DNA of 64,000 bases from Fervidobacterium sp. (GTDB lineage: Bacteria > Thermotogota > Thermotogae > Thermotogales > Fervidobacteriaceae): assembly GCA_049970055.1 (NCBI GenBank), contig JBMFNR010000004.1, positions 71,647 to 135,646 on the forward strand. The letters run 5' to 3'. Below, piece by piece: positions 17,674 through 27,006 of this stretch (its first letter is position 1; each line of letters begins with the position of its first letter). The notes below the pieces were generated by a model, which worked only from the letters and a program-made list of their open reading frames with translations, made no database searches and was not told the origin of the DNA. The translations under genes were made by a program, and so were the position numbers.

Positions 17674-18900
17674 TTATTTAACTCCGTAAATTTTCTTTCT
17701 TGAGCTTTCAAGATTTTGGAGGATCTTTGTCACATCATTCGGCCTTGTTAAAAACTCAACCATAGCGTTCATACCAACTGTAGCCATTTCTGGATTCGTA
17801 TCTCTATCATAAAATTGAGAAACACCAGCTGACTGTAGAATCATTTGAAAACCTTTCTTGGCATGGTCATCTGGCGGTGTGACCTTGACATTGGCAGCAA
17901 GCCTTCCAAGATCAGTTGCAAACTTTCTTTGTGCTTCTTCGGAAGCTATAAATTTAAGAAATTCTATGGCACCTTTTTTGTTTTTTGCATTTGCAGGCAT
18001 CATAAAACCATCGATTGGTGTCTCCTCATAAAGTGGTACCTTCGAATCTATAACGGGGAATCTGAAGAAGTCAAGGTCGCTTTTAATATTTTCGGGTGCT
18101 ACATCTTTTATAAATTGCCCCATGTAGTACATTCCAGCTTCTCCTCTGAAGAGGAATTGAGCAGCTTCTTGCCATTCGTACGATGTATGATTTGCAAGTA
18201 AGTACCCTCTCTCAACTATCTGTTTCCAATAGTTAAATACTCTTAGCACCCCAGCGTCTGTGTAAGGTATTTCGCCATTTGTTAGCTTGATATGATAATT
18301 AAGACCATTTATCCTCAGATTAAGTATGTCAAACCAACCAGCAGCTGTCCATGGGAATTTAGTGCCAATTGCAATTGGCGTTATCCCATTCTTTTTGAGT
18401 GTATCGCATACCTTTAAAAACTCATCCCACGTTTTCGGTTCCTTAAGTCCATACTTTTGGAAGACAGATTTTCTATAGTACACACCCCACCAATACCAGC
18501 TTTGTGGAACAAAATAAACTTTACCTTTATATGAACATGCTTCTTCAAAAGAAGCTGGGAAAAGATCAGAGAACTTTCCACCAGCAAAGATATCGGAAAC
18601 GGGTGCAATCAAACCTTTTTCAGCAAAATATCTCATACGTTCACCTGCAAACCAAGTAACCACATCTGGTCCTTCGGGAGCTGCAAGCCAAGTTCTTAAC
18701 AGAGTCTTAAAATCCTCATGTGCAAAGGTATTAACTACAACTTCGTAGTTTGGGTACTTCTCTTCAAACATCTTCACAAGTTCTGCAAATGTTTTCCTTG
18801 GAGCAGGATCACTCATGTAACTGTTGATAACAATCTTTTCCTTTGCAAATACCGAAACCACTACCAAAAGTACCAAGAGAGTAAAAATAAACTTCCTCAT
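17674..18900 (-). CDS. Carbohydrate ABC transporter substrate-binding protein
   Basis: Signal peptide; SBP_bac_1 motifs (PKTWDEF, YYRKSVF). Confidence 0.9.
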   Translation of the reverse strand: MRKFIFTLLVLLVVVSVFAKEKIVINSYMSDPAPRKTFAELVKMFEEKYPNYEVVVNTFAHEDFKTLLRTWLAAPEGPDVVTWFAGERMRYFAEKGLIAPVSDIFAGGKFSDLFPASFEEACSYKGKVYFVPQSWYWWGVYYRKSVFQKYGLKEPKTWDEFLKVCDTLKKNGITPIAIGTKFPWTAAGWFDILNLRINGLNYHIKLTNGEIPYTDAGVLRVFNYWKQIVERGYLLANHTSYEWQEAAQFLFRGEAGMYYMGQFIKDVAPENIKSDLDFFRFPVIDSKVPLYEETPIDGFMMPANAKNKKGAIEFLKFIASEEAQRKFATDLGRLAANVKVTPPDDHAKKGFQMILQSAGVSQFYDRDTNPEMATVGMNAMVEFLTRPNDVTKILQNLESSRKKIYGVK

Positions 18901-18935
18901 CTTAAATCCCTCCCTTTAGAAAGTGTTATAAATAT

Positions 18936-18949
18936 CGTTACCGGTAACG
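18936..18949. promoter_or_regulatory. Perfect palindrome CGTTACCGGTAACG, candidate LacI-family operator
   Basis: 14-bp perfect palindrome with a central CG, lying between TTGACT (-35, minus strand) and a -10-like box of the sugar ABC operon. Confidence 0.65.
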
Positions 18950-19161
18950 TAGTCAAAAAGACTGCATTTTATTCTATCAAATTAAATTAATTTCAACCAA
19001 ATACTGGATACTTGCCTTTTCTAGATTGATTTACGATTTGTTGTCGTTTTTCTGTAAAATTCAAACTAAAATTCTATTTTTCACTGACTTTCTTAAATTC
19101 TTTGGGGAATAGTTAACTGGACTAAGTAAATAAGAATAGACAAATTCTAGCTGATTTTAAG

Positions 19162-19196
19162 AGAGTATGATATAATACATACAGAGTATGATATAA
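19162..19196 (+). repeat. Exact 14-bp direct repeat AGAGTATGATATAA with 21-bp period
   Basis: Copies at 19162-19175 and 19183-19196; the first overlaps TGaTATAAT. Confidence 0.8.
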
Positions 19197-19216
19197 GAAA
19201 ACAGTGAGGTGGAATC

Positions 19217-20101
19217 ATGAAGTGGAAACTAGCATTGTTTTTTGCCTTTTTAAGTGTGGTGAATTTTTTAAATTCTATATCTTTTGCTGGTTATCTGGAT
19301 TCTTTCTTTCAGATTAACAAATTCTCAGGCGAGTATCGGTTGATTTCAACAATTACACTTGAAAAAACACAAGGCTGGGTTTCGGTAGAGGGTGTCGTCT
19401 ATGACCTTGGTCAGACATCATTGAGGAAGCACGTAAAGGTTTCTGAAGTTGATTCTAAATTGCTTACAAAAGATAGGCTTATAGGATACTTGGCAATTAC
19501 TTACAGCGAACTTTCTAAGATGAATGGAAAAAATTTACCAACGATGGTCAGTGTTAATGGTATTGTATACGACTTATCTTCTTCGAAATCTTGGTTAACA
19601 GGTATCCATAAAAATCAGCATACTGCTGGTCAAGATTTAACTTACGATATTCTGAAACTGTCACCGCACGGTATATCTAAGATTAAGAACTTTCCAAGTT
19701 ATGGGGTGCTTGTATTTACTCCAAGCGAGCTTTCAAGGTTCGATGGAAAAAAAGAAAAGAAAGTCTATGTGTCTGTATACGGGATAATTTACGATGCTAC
19801 ATATTCAAAAAAATTTATAGATGGCGAACACTACGGTCATGATATGGGAGTAGACTTAACAAGTGAAATACTTTCATTGCCAGGTCATGTAAATTTACTC
19901 ACCAAATTGTATTCAATAGGACTTTTTGTTTTTGACGAAAGCACTATTACAAAGTACAATGGCAAAGATGACAAACCATTTGTTATTTCAGGTAGTAAAG
20001 TGTACGATATTTCTAAGAACGTACAAGGCGTTCAACCTGGAAAGATTTATGATGGTAATGTAAGAAAAGAGTGGTTGTTAGTAGGGTTTAGATTACACTG
20101 A
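19217..20101 (+). CDS. Exported protein with four tandem cytochrome-b5-like heme/steroid-binding repeats
   Basis: Signal peptide; repeated xTxxELxxxxG...VSVxGxxYD; repeats 2 and 3 keep H-x-x-G-x-DLT...H. Confidence 0.75.
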   Translation: MKWKLALFFAFLSVVNFLNSISFAGYLDSFFQINKFSGEYRLISTITLEKTQGWVSVEGVVYDLGQTSLRKHVKVSEVDSKLLTKDRLIGYLAITYSELSKMNGKNLPTMVSVNGIVYDLSSSKSWLTGIHKNQHTAGQDLTYDILKLSPHGISKIKNFPSYGVLVFTPSELSRFDGKKEKKVYVSVYGIIYDATYSKKFIDGEHYGHDMGVDLTSEILSLPGHVNLLTKLYSIGLFVFDESTITKYNGKDDKPFVISGSKVYDISKNVQGVQPGKIYDGNVRKEWLLVGFRLH

Positions 20102-20106
20102 GAGAG

Positions 20107-20498
20107 ATGGCTTTTATGGGACCGGATTTTTTCGAAGTTTTAGGAGGTATAAGTGCAATACTCCTAGTTTTTCAGATAGCACTCTTTGTTTTTAGAAGGA
20201 TATATAAATACCTTCCAAGTAGACGAGTTTAATTGTTTTAATGAAACTTCTCAAAGCTATGCACGTTTATACAGGTATTTTATTGTTGGTTGTTAGCTTT
20301 ATTCACGGTTATCTCGCACTTGGAAAAATTCAACTACATACCGGCTGGTTACTTTGGTTTGGGTTACTCTTTACTTTTATCGGATTTCTTTTCAAAAGTA
20401 AGATAGGAAAAAAATGGATTATTTTTCATCGCTTCCTTGGATTCATACTTGTAGGATTATTTTTCTTACACAAGTTTTTCCCGTGGATAATTAGCTAA
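20107..20498 (+). pseudogene. Frameshifted His-rich four-TM membrane protein (cytochrome-b/ferric-reductase-like)
   Basis: ORF 20107-20232 (MAFMGPDFFEVLGGISAILLVFQIALFVFRRIYKYLPSRRV*) joins the 20241-20498 frame if one base is added near 20224. Confidence 0.65.
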
Positions 20499-20513
20499 TT
20501 TTTCAAGAATACT

Positions 20514-20546
20514 AAAAGCAACACCCAATGCAGGGTGTTGCTTTTT
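20514..20546 (+). terminator. Intrinsic terminator
   Basis: aaaagcaacaccc/gggtgttgcttttt. Confidence 0.8.
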
Positions 20547-20646
20547 GCACTGTACTTTTACCCAATAATGTGTTAGAATGGGATGGAGAAATTCGTAAAT
20601 CCAATTGGAAACGGATCAGAAAACAGCTAGAAAGCGAGGTGTAACT

Positions 20647-21300
20647 ATGATTAAAGACGTTGAAAATCATGAGAGGTATACTATCGGCGAGGAAATAGCT
20701 AATTCGATTACACATGGTGTTGGAGCTGTTTTTGGTATTGCTGGTATGGTTATTTTAGTAATCTTTACCTCATTGAGTCATGATGTACTTAGAATTGTTT
20801 CGAGTGTTATTTACGGTCTGTCGTTGATACTGCTGTACGTTGTTTCCACTTTGTACCATTCAATACAACATAGAAAAGCTAAGGAGGTTTTCGAAATACT
20901 CGACCATTCGGCGATATATCTACTTATCGCCGGAAGTTATACCCCTTTTACGCTCATTGCACTTAAAGGCAAAATTGGTTGGACAATGTTTGGCATAATT
21001 TGGGTACTGGCGTTGATTGGTATACTTTTTAAAGTCTTTTTTGTAAAAAAATTTTTGATAATTTCAACTGTGATATACATACTCCTTGGTTGGATGGTTG
21101 TTTTCGCGTTAAAACCTCTAATAGATTCGACCACGCAGCAAACTTTGGTGTTGCTTGTACTTGGTGGGATTTCTTACACACTTGGTTCCATCTTCTACGT
21201 GTGGAGAAAAATCAAATACGGACATATGATTTGGCATCTTTTCGTGTTGCTAGGGAGTTTTCTGCATTATTTTGCCATATTCAATGTAAGTGTTTATTAA
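20647..21300 (+). CDS. Hemolysin-III/PAQR (TrhA) family membrane protein
   Basis: EEIANSITHG, STLYH, LDHSAIYLLIAGSYTP, HMIWHLFV; gaggt SD before ATG 20647. Confidence 0.92.
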   Translation: MIKDVENHERYTIGEEIANSITHGVGAVFGIAGMVILVIFTSLSHDVLRIVSSVIYGLSLILLYVVSTLYHSIQHRKAKEVFEILDHSAIYLLIAGSYTPFTLIALKGKIGWTMFGIIWVLALIGILFKVFFVKKFLIISTVIYILLGWMVVFALKPLIDSTTQQTLVLLVLGGISYTLGSIFYVWRKIKYGHMIWHLFVLLGSFLHYFAIFNVSVY

Positions 21301-21314
21301 ACATTCTCGTATTT

Positions 21315-22172
21315 TTAAATTTTTCTGCACATTTCGTACTGAGTAAAAACTTTTTCAAAACCTGAGTTTTCAAGTGCTGTGTGGAGATAATCATCCTCTG
21401 GAACGGAGACAACACTAATCAACGATGGATTTAATTCCTTGTATAAATAATCTATCGCACAATTGCATACCATTTCCCAGTCCGTTATACTGTTTGACTT
21501 TACCGCTAAATCTACAATAAAAGCGGAATTATCCTCGTTTTTTCCCCATACAAGGTATCCTTCTGTGTTACCAACGTGGAACCTTGTAAAGTTATACCGC
21601 CCATCCGCGAGCAACAACGTGATAGGTTCCCTTTGCCAATTAACTTTTCTTTGAATATCAATTTCGTTGTTAAGCGCAACTGAGTACACGTACTTGTTAT
21701 CCGACGTAAATGTGGAATAGCGAATATTTTTTGGCTCTGGTTTTTTCAAAATAAATGTATGCAACTCTCTATGTTTTCTAAATCCATTTTTGTCATAAAA
21801 TCTAACTGCTCTTTCATCAGATGCAGCGACTTCAAGATACACCGTTTCGATATTTTTGTGTTTTAAATGATGGAACGTATGTTTAAGAATTCTTTCCGCG
21901 AGCCCTTTCCCTCTTTCACCTTCAACAACTCCCATGGCGTCAATCCGTGCTCTGTTACCTCTTATAGCAACGAGTATAAAACCAACCGGATTTTTGTCTT
22001 TTACAAAAATAAACGAATCGGTAAGAGATACAGAATTCTCCCTTGCATCCATTTTGAAACTTAAAACGTTCCAGTTTATTGGTAAAACGTAGTCTTTAAA
22101 TATTTCATTGACTAACTCAACAAAATCTATCAGTGAATACTCAGAGAGTGTCAGAATCTTTTCTTCCATCAT
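21315..22172 (-). CDS. GNAT N-acetyltransferase (tandem GNAT fold)
   Basis: MGVVEGERGKGLA acetyl-CoA motif, LEV...AVRFYDKNGF. Confidence 0.85.
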   Translation of the reverse strand: MMEEKILTLSEYSLIDFVELVNEIFKDYVLPINWNVLSFKMDARENSVSLTDSFIFVKDKNPVGFILVAIRGNRARIDAMGVVEGERGKGLAERILKHTFHHLKHKNIETVYLEVAASDERAVRFYDKNGFRKHRELHTFILKKPEPKNIRYSTFTSDNKYVYSVALNNEIDIQRKVNWQREPITLLLADGRYNFTRFHVGNTEGYLVWGKNEDNSAFIVDLAVKSNSITDWEMVCNCAIDYLYKELNPSLISVVSVPEDDYLHTALENSGFEKVFTQYEMCRKI

Positions 22173-22533
22173 TGTCCCCCCTTAGAGTTTCTATAATTGC
22201 TCTTATTAAGTTTTCATCGGTCAGTCCTAAAGCGGAAACCTCATTCATACCAACGGATTTTGAAAGCAAAGATTTTTCGCAAAGTTCTATATACTTAACG
22301 TTGTTGAGTTCACAGCGTATCTTTAAATCACGTTTTACTCTTGAACCAGCGTCTGTTGCAACAATGACTAATTTCTGACTTAGCCTAGGATCTTTTATGT
22401 ACTCTCGTATCATATCTTTACCGTACACCAATTTATCAGACCTTGCAGCAAATCCTAAATAAGTGAGTACTTTTTGTAATTTATTTTCATTTATGCTCTT
22501 TGGGTTTGCACTCGAGTTTGTAGATGAATCCAT
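22141..22533 (-). CDS. L7Ae/L30e family RNA-binding protein
   Basis: YLGFAARSDKLVYG, VIVATDA, LSKSVG. Confidence 0.85.
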   Translation of the reverse strand: MDSSTNSSANPKSINENKLQKVLTYLGFAARSDKLVYGKDMIREYIKDPRLSQKLVIVATDAGSRVKRDLKIRCELNNVKYIELCEKSLLSKSVGMNEVSALGLTDENLIRAIIETLRGDNDGRKDSDTL

Positions 22534-22586
22534 AAAACCACTCCCAACATATTACAAATTATACTTCTTTCAAGATATACTTCAGA

Positions 22587-23366
22587 CTACTCCATTTCCT
22601 CGCTTGTTACACATGCATAAGCGTTATGTGCATGGATCGACTCAAAACTTTCAACTTCAACGGTGTACCATATTATTCTATCACAATTCTTTAATTTTAA
22701 CGCAACATCGCGTGCCACGTCCTCAACAAACTTCGGATTGTCGTAAGCGTGTTCAGTAATATACTTTTCATCAGGCCTTTTCAATAACGTGAATATTGGC
22801 GCACTTGCATTTTTCTCAACGATGTCTATTATATCTTCTATCCACACCATTTCTTTACTTTTAAATGTGACCTTACAGATAGCCCTCTGATTATGTGCGC
22901 CGTAATTGCTTATTTCTTTTGAACAAGGACAGAGCGTATGAATTGGCACTACGACCGTTGTCGAAAAATCCAATGTTTCATCAATCATCTCAGCTTCAAA
23001 GGAACACAAATATTCCAAATAACTCTCTATACCGGTAACAGGGGCCTTTTTTGATAAAAAGTAAGGAAAACTAATTTCAATGGCAGATTTTTTGGCTCTT
23101 AAAGCATCCTTCAAACTTTTCAGTATCTCCTTAATTCTTTTGGGATTAATCTCTAAATGATATTCATTTAAAACTTCTATAAACCTACTCATATGTGTAC
23201 CACGATAATTTTTTGGCAAATCCACAAACATGCTAATATTTGCAATGGTATGTTGACTACCTCTGTTTTTGTCTAATACAACGATGGGATATCGTACGTT
23301 CTTTACACCTACTCTTTTCAAGTATATATTTCTCTTATCTTCTTGGCTTTGTACATCTTTTAACAT
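22587..23366 (-). CDS. folE2: GTP cyclohydrolase IB
   Basis: RGTHMSRF, LCPCSKEIS, GAHNQR, LKRPDEK, ESIHAHNA. Confidence 0.95.
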   Translation of the reverse strand: MLKDVQSQEDKRNIYLKRVGVKNVRYPIVVLDKNRGSQHTIANISMFVDLPKNYRGTHMSRFIEVLNEYHLEINPKRIKEILKSLKDALRAKKSAIEISFPYFLSKKAPVTGIESYLEYLCSFEAEMIDETLDFSTTVVVPIHTLCPCSKEISNYGAHNQRAICKVTFKSKEMVWIEDIIDIVEKNASAPIFTLLKRPDEKYITEHAYDNPKFVEDVARDVALKLKNCDRIIWYTVEVESFESIHAHNAYACVTSEEME

Positions 23367-23395
23367 ACTGTACCTCCAAATATGTATTTACCAAT

Positions 23396-23926
23396 TTACC
23401 GTTTATCCAGATTATTCAATATGTTATCAATCTGTTTTCTTACATCATCTGATGATATTTCACGAAGAATATGCAAGGCTTCTTTTCTGTAAACGGAATA
23501 CTGAAATTTATTGATAAAAGAGGATAAAAATAACTTCGCACTTTCAAACTCACCAGCTTTATATAAAGACATTCCAAGATAAAAATATATTTCGTCCATC
23601 CAAGGGTTATCTGTATCCTTTATAGCCCTTAGCAGCGCAGCAGCATCTGAATAATTGCCTTCTCTGTAAGAAATCATCGCTCTGTCAAGTTTAGAGCGTA
23701 TATCCGTTAAGAGTTTCTTTGAAACGAGTGGTTCGAGTTCTTTAAGATTATTTTTACTGATAAATCCAGGAAATTCTTTACTTTCGGTTGTATAAAGCTC
23801 GTATGCTTTTATAACTTTCTTTGCTCGTTCTAACTGGTTAGATACATTGATGAACGAAAGGTATGTAATTAAAAATAACAATCCAAAAACAGATGATATT
23901 GTCAAAAGTATCTTCTCAAATTTCAT
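23396..23926 (-). CDS. Membrane-anchored TPR-like protein
   Basis: N-terminal TM; YFYLGMSLYKAGEFESA TPR; aagggtgg SD before ATG 23926. Confidence 0.7.
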   Translation of the reverse strand: MKFEKILLTISSVFGLLFLITYLSFINVSNQLERAKKVIKAYELYTTESKEFPGFISKNNLKELEPLVSKKLLTDIRSKLDRAMISYREGNYSDAAALLRAIKDTDNPWMDEIYFYLGMSLYKAGEFESAKLFLSSFINKFQYSVYRKEALHILREISSDDVRKQIDNILNNLDKR

Positions 23927-23973
23927 TTTTCCACCCTTTTCAAATTTTCTCCTTTTCCACGTTTTTGAATGCA

Positions 23974-24921
23974 TTAAAACAGGTATAGTTTTACCAATTT
24001 ACCGTCAACAATTTTGTACACGACTACATCTTTGTTTATTCCATCCTCTGTAAAATAATAAACTTTCTCCTTTAATCTTATTACGTTATGCTTCAAAAAT
24101 CGTTTAAATTGTTCGACTGTTAAGAAACGGTTTTCCGCTAAGAAATCTAAAACCTCGTTAATCAAATCTATCTCTGATGACACGACAGGTTCTATACTGT
24201 AAATCAAATAGCTACCTTCAGCAGCTTGACCGCCTAATGCTAAAAAGTCGCCAATTTCCACACTATCAAGACCCACAATTTTTATCGCTGGATTACTTTG
24301 CTTTAATTTCTTAACAGCTTCCGCTGATGGTTTCGCAAACAAGGTTAAAACAACGGTATCGTATTCCAATGCGTTAAGATCGTTAAGAGAAGAAAGATTG
24401 TAATAATAAACATCCCTGCCCCGAAATGACGAAAAGAGTTCCTTGAACTCATCGCTATATTGCTTATTTGTCGGGTCGCAGAGCAATAATAACTTCTTAG
24501 TTCCCAATACTTTCAAAAGGGCTCTAGTTTTTTCCACAATAAACTTATTAGATGGTGTAAATGAATAAACGTATCCGCTTTTAAGTATTTTAGTTGAAGA
24601 TATCGTATGGGAAAGAGCCACCATATTGTATTTCTTCAAATATGGTAAGATTAACTCCCCTTCTGCAGATGTAGGTGGTCCTACAACGATTTTAACATTC
24701 TTCCCTGCTAAAAGCTTGAAATTCTTGTTTAAATTACTGTCGCTGCCAAATGCAAGCAGCTTAAGTTTGCTGTAATTCGATTGCAAAAAATCCCATGAAA
24801 GCGTTTTTGGATTATATACATATCCTACATATTCAGAAGAATAGAGAAACCAAAAAAATCCAACAGAAAACATCAAAGCGATCGTAAGTAAAAATCGACT
24901 CACGCAAATCCCCTGCCTCAT
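23974..24921 (-). CDS. Periplasmic-binding-protein type I (Liv-like) family protein
   Basis: VVGPPTS, ALSHTISS, GGQAAEG motifs; N-terminal TM. Confidence 0.7.
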   Translation of the reverse strand: MRQGICVSRFLLTIALMFSVGFFWFLYSSEYVGYVYNPKTLSWDFLQSNYSKLKLLAFGSDSNLNKNFKLLAGKNVKIVVGPPTSAEGELILPYLKKYNMVALSHTISSTKILKSGYVYSFTPSNKFIVEKTRALLKVLGTKKLLLLCDPTNKQYSDEFKELFSSFRGRDVYYYNLSSLNDLNALEYDTVVLTLFAKPSAEAVKKLKQSNPAIKIVGLDSVEIGDFLALGGQAAEGSYLIYSIEPVVSSEIDLINEVLDFLAENRFLTVEQFKRFLKHNVIRLKEKVYYFTEDGINKDVVVYKIVDGKLVKLYLF

Positions 24922-24928
24922 ATTATTT

Positions 24929-25612
24929 TTAATTTTTGAAAATCCTCACATCATCCGTAATTACGTAATCTACGTATTCTTCTATAGGCTTAATTTCTTC
25001 TTTCATGTTGACTGTCCAGAACACAACTTTAACACCTACTTTTTTCACAAGAGGAAGCAACTCTTGGTAAGCCTTTGACTTTAACTTGTAACCTGCTATT
25101 GGTAAATGCACACTGTAAGTGTTTTGCTCAATTAATTTCAGAAAATCTTGGAATTTCATATCTGTATGTTCTTCACCGAAAAGGTATCCGAACTTATATT
25201 GAGGATACTTATTTTTCAATTCATTTATGAGTTCATGATTGAATGAACTGTATATAACTTCTCCTTGGTAACTTCTTGAGAGCTCTACTGTTATCTCTCC
25301 TGCTTCATATTCCTTTATCTCTAAGTTTAAGCACTTCTTTTTTGGCATTGCAGATAAAAGTTCTTCAAGTGTAGGTACGGTGTACCCTTGAAATGAGTAA
25401 TTTTTAAGTTCATCTAAAGTAAGATCCTTGACTTTTACATGAACTCCACAAAAGTGCTCAAGATTATCGTCGTGGATAAGTACAGGGATGCCATCCTTGG
25501 TTAATCTAACATCTGTCTCTATTCCGTCTGAAAGTTCAGTTGCTTTCAAAAGAGATTCAATAGTATTTTCTTTTATTAGGACTGGAATACCCCTGTGACC
25601 AAGTATAATCAT
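24929..25612 (-). CDS. Glycerophosphodiester phosphodiesterase
   Basis: GHRG, ENT, ETDVRLTKDG, HD, NLEIK, WTVN. Confidence 0.92.
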   Translation of the reverse strand: MIILGHRGIPVLIKENTIESLLKATELSDGIETDVRLTKDGIPVLIHDDNLEHFCGVHVKVKDLTLDELKNYSFQGYTVPTLEELLSAMPKKKCLNLEIKEYEAGEITVELSRSYQGEVIYSSFNHELINELKNKYPQYKFGYLFGEEHTDMKFQDFLKLIEQNTYSVHLPIAGYKLKSKAYQELLPLVKKVGVKVVFWTVNMKEEIKPIEEYVDYVITDDVRIFKN

Positions 25613-25676
25613 TTTATGCTTCCCCCAATCGTTCTCTTTGGTTCGAATTTATTATACCATAACTTTGAAAAAATAA

Positions 25677-25709
25677 CCCCAACACTTTTAACTTAAAAAA
25701 GTGTTGGGG
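25677..25709 (-). terminator. Terminator after acpP
   Basis: ccccaacactttt/aaaagtgttgggg stem; T-run follows on the minus strand. Confidence 0.7.
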
Positions 25710-25731
25710 CTGTTATATTGTTCAGATAGAC

Positions 25732-25956
25732 CTATGATCTTAATTTAATAGCTTCCACGACGTCCTTGACAGTCTTAATCTTGGAAAGGTCTTGATCACT
25801 TATTTTGACACCAAACTCATCTTCAAAAGCCATAACAAGGTCAACTATGTCAAGTGAGTCTGCACCAAGATCTTCCATCAGACTTTTCTCAGGTTGAACT
25901 TCGCTGACATCCAATCCAAGTTGTTCAGCTATAATCTCGTATACCTTTTGCTCCAT
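25732..25956 (-). CDS. acpP: Acyl carrier protein
   Basis: DLGADSLD phosphopantetheine site. Confidence 0.96.
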   Translation of the reverse strand: MEQKVYEIIAEQLGLDVSEVQPEKSLMEDLGADSLDIVDLVMAFEDEFGVKISDQDLSKIKTVKDVVEAIKLRS

Positions 25957-26103
25957 AATTCATGCCTCCCCCTTTAGAAAGTTTTGAAGTTTTAATGGTA
26001 GGAAAAAGCTTTTGAGTAGGACACATATCTTTCGAAAGTTAATTTACCATAATATATGTTAATTGTCAATAAGTAAGTTTTGCAGATTTTATAAAAATTA
26101 ATC

Positions 26104-26132
26104 TTGACTAAAATTGTTGAACGATGTATAAT
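26104..26132 (+). promoter_or_regulatory. Sigma-A promoter of the degV-fab operon
   Basis: TTGACT-17 nt-TATAAT. Confidence 0.75.
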
Positions 26133-26157
26133 TTTTCCGAAAATGGAGGTGATTATT

Positions 26158-27006
26158 TTGTATACATTTATCACGGATTCGGGGTGCGATTTACCTGAAA
26201 ATCTTAAACTACCTTTTGAGTTAAAAGTTTTACCATTAAGAGTGTATTTAGAAAAGCAAGAGTACGAGGATAAGTTTAATATCAATGCCAAGGAACTTTA
26301 TGAATTTGAACTTGGAGGAAAAATAGCAACTACATCCTTGCCAAAGCCAGAGAGAATAAAAATAACGATTGAAGAAAGTGCGAGAGAAAGTGATAAAGTT
26401 TTCGTAATTACGATATCGGAAAAGCTCAGTAATACTCATGATCTCATAAAGAATATCGTGTCATCAATGAACTTAAAAAATGTATATGTGTTCGATTCAA
26501 AGAGTGCAAGTGTAAAGCAAGGTTACATTATTCTCAGAGCAATGGAGCATGTGAAGAATGGTTATAGCTTGACACAAAACGATATTGATAAATTTGAGCA
26601 AGAATCATTGCTTGCATTTTTAGTTCCGACACTTGAATATCTTCACAAAGGTGGACGAATAGGTAAAGCAAAGGCATTTATTGGAAAGATGTTAAGTTTG
26701 AAGCCCATTTTAACTACCGATAGTGACGGCGAAGTTAATACACTCGGTACTGCAAGATCTATGGAGAGCGGTATCAGCAGTATTCAGTCTATTATGAATC
26801 GATTTTTGGAATCCAACGGTTTCTCAAACGATTTTTCCATTATAGGAGCCTACACAATCGATAGTATGAAGCAGCATATCGAAAAACTCCTTTCACCGTA
26901 TAAAAAGAATCTTTTAGGTTTGACAAACGTTGGATCTGCTATCGCAGCTCATGTCGGGCCAGAAGCATTTGGTGTCGTCATAGGTAAGGGGGTGCATTTA
27001 GAATGA
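26158..27006 (+). CDS. DegV/FakB fatty-acid-binding protein
   Basis: ITDSGCD, TTSLP, ISEKLS, LHKGGRIG, AHVGP; ggaggt SD before TTG 26158. Confidence 0.9.
   Translation: MYTFITDSGCDLPENLKLPFELKVLPLRVYLEKQEYEDKFNINAKELYEFELGGKIATTSLPKPERIKITIEESARESDKVFVITISEKLSNTHDLIKNIVSSMNLKNVYVFDSKSASVKQGYIILRAMEHVKNGYSLTQNDIDKFEQESLLAFLVPTLEYLHKGGRIGKAKAFIGKMLSLKPILTTDSDGEVNTLGTARSMESGISSIQSIMNRFLESNGFSNDFSIIGAYTIDSMKQHIEKLLSPYKKNLLGLTNVGSAIAAHVGPEAFGVVIGKGVHLE

Noticed and set aside
20647..21300. Hemolysin III as a toxin
   Set aside because: PAQR/TrhA proteins are widespread membrane-homeostasis proteins; the name is not evidence of virulence.
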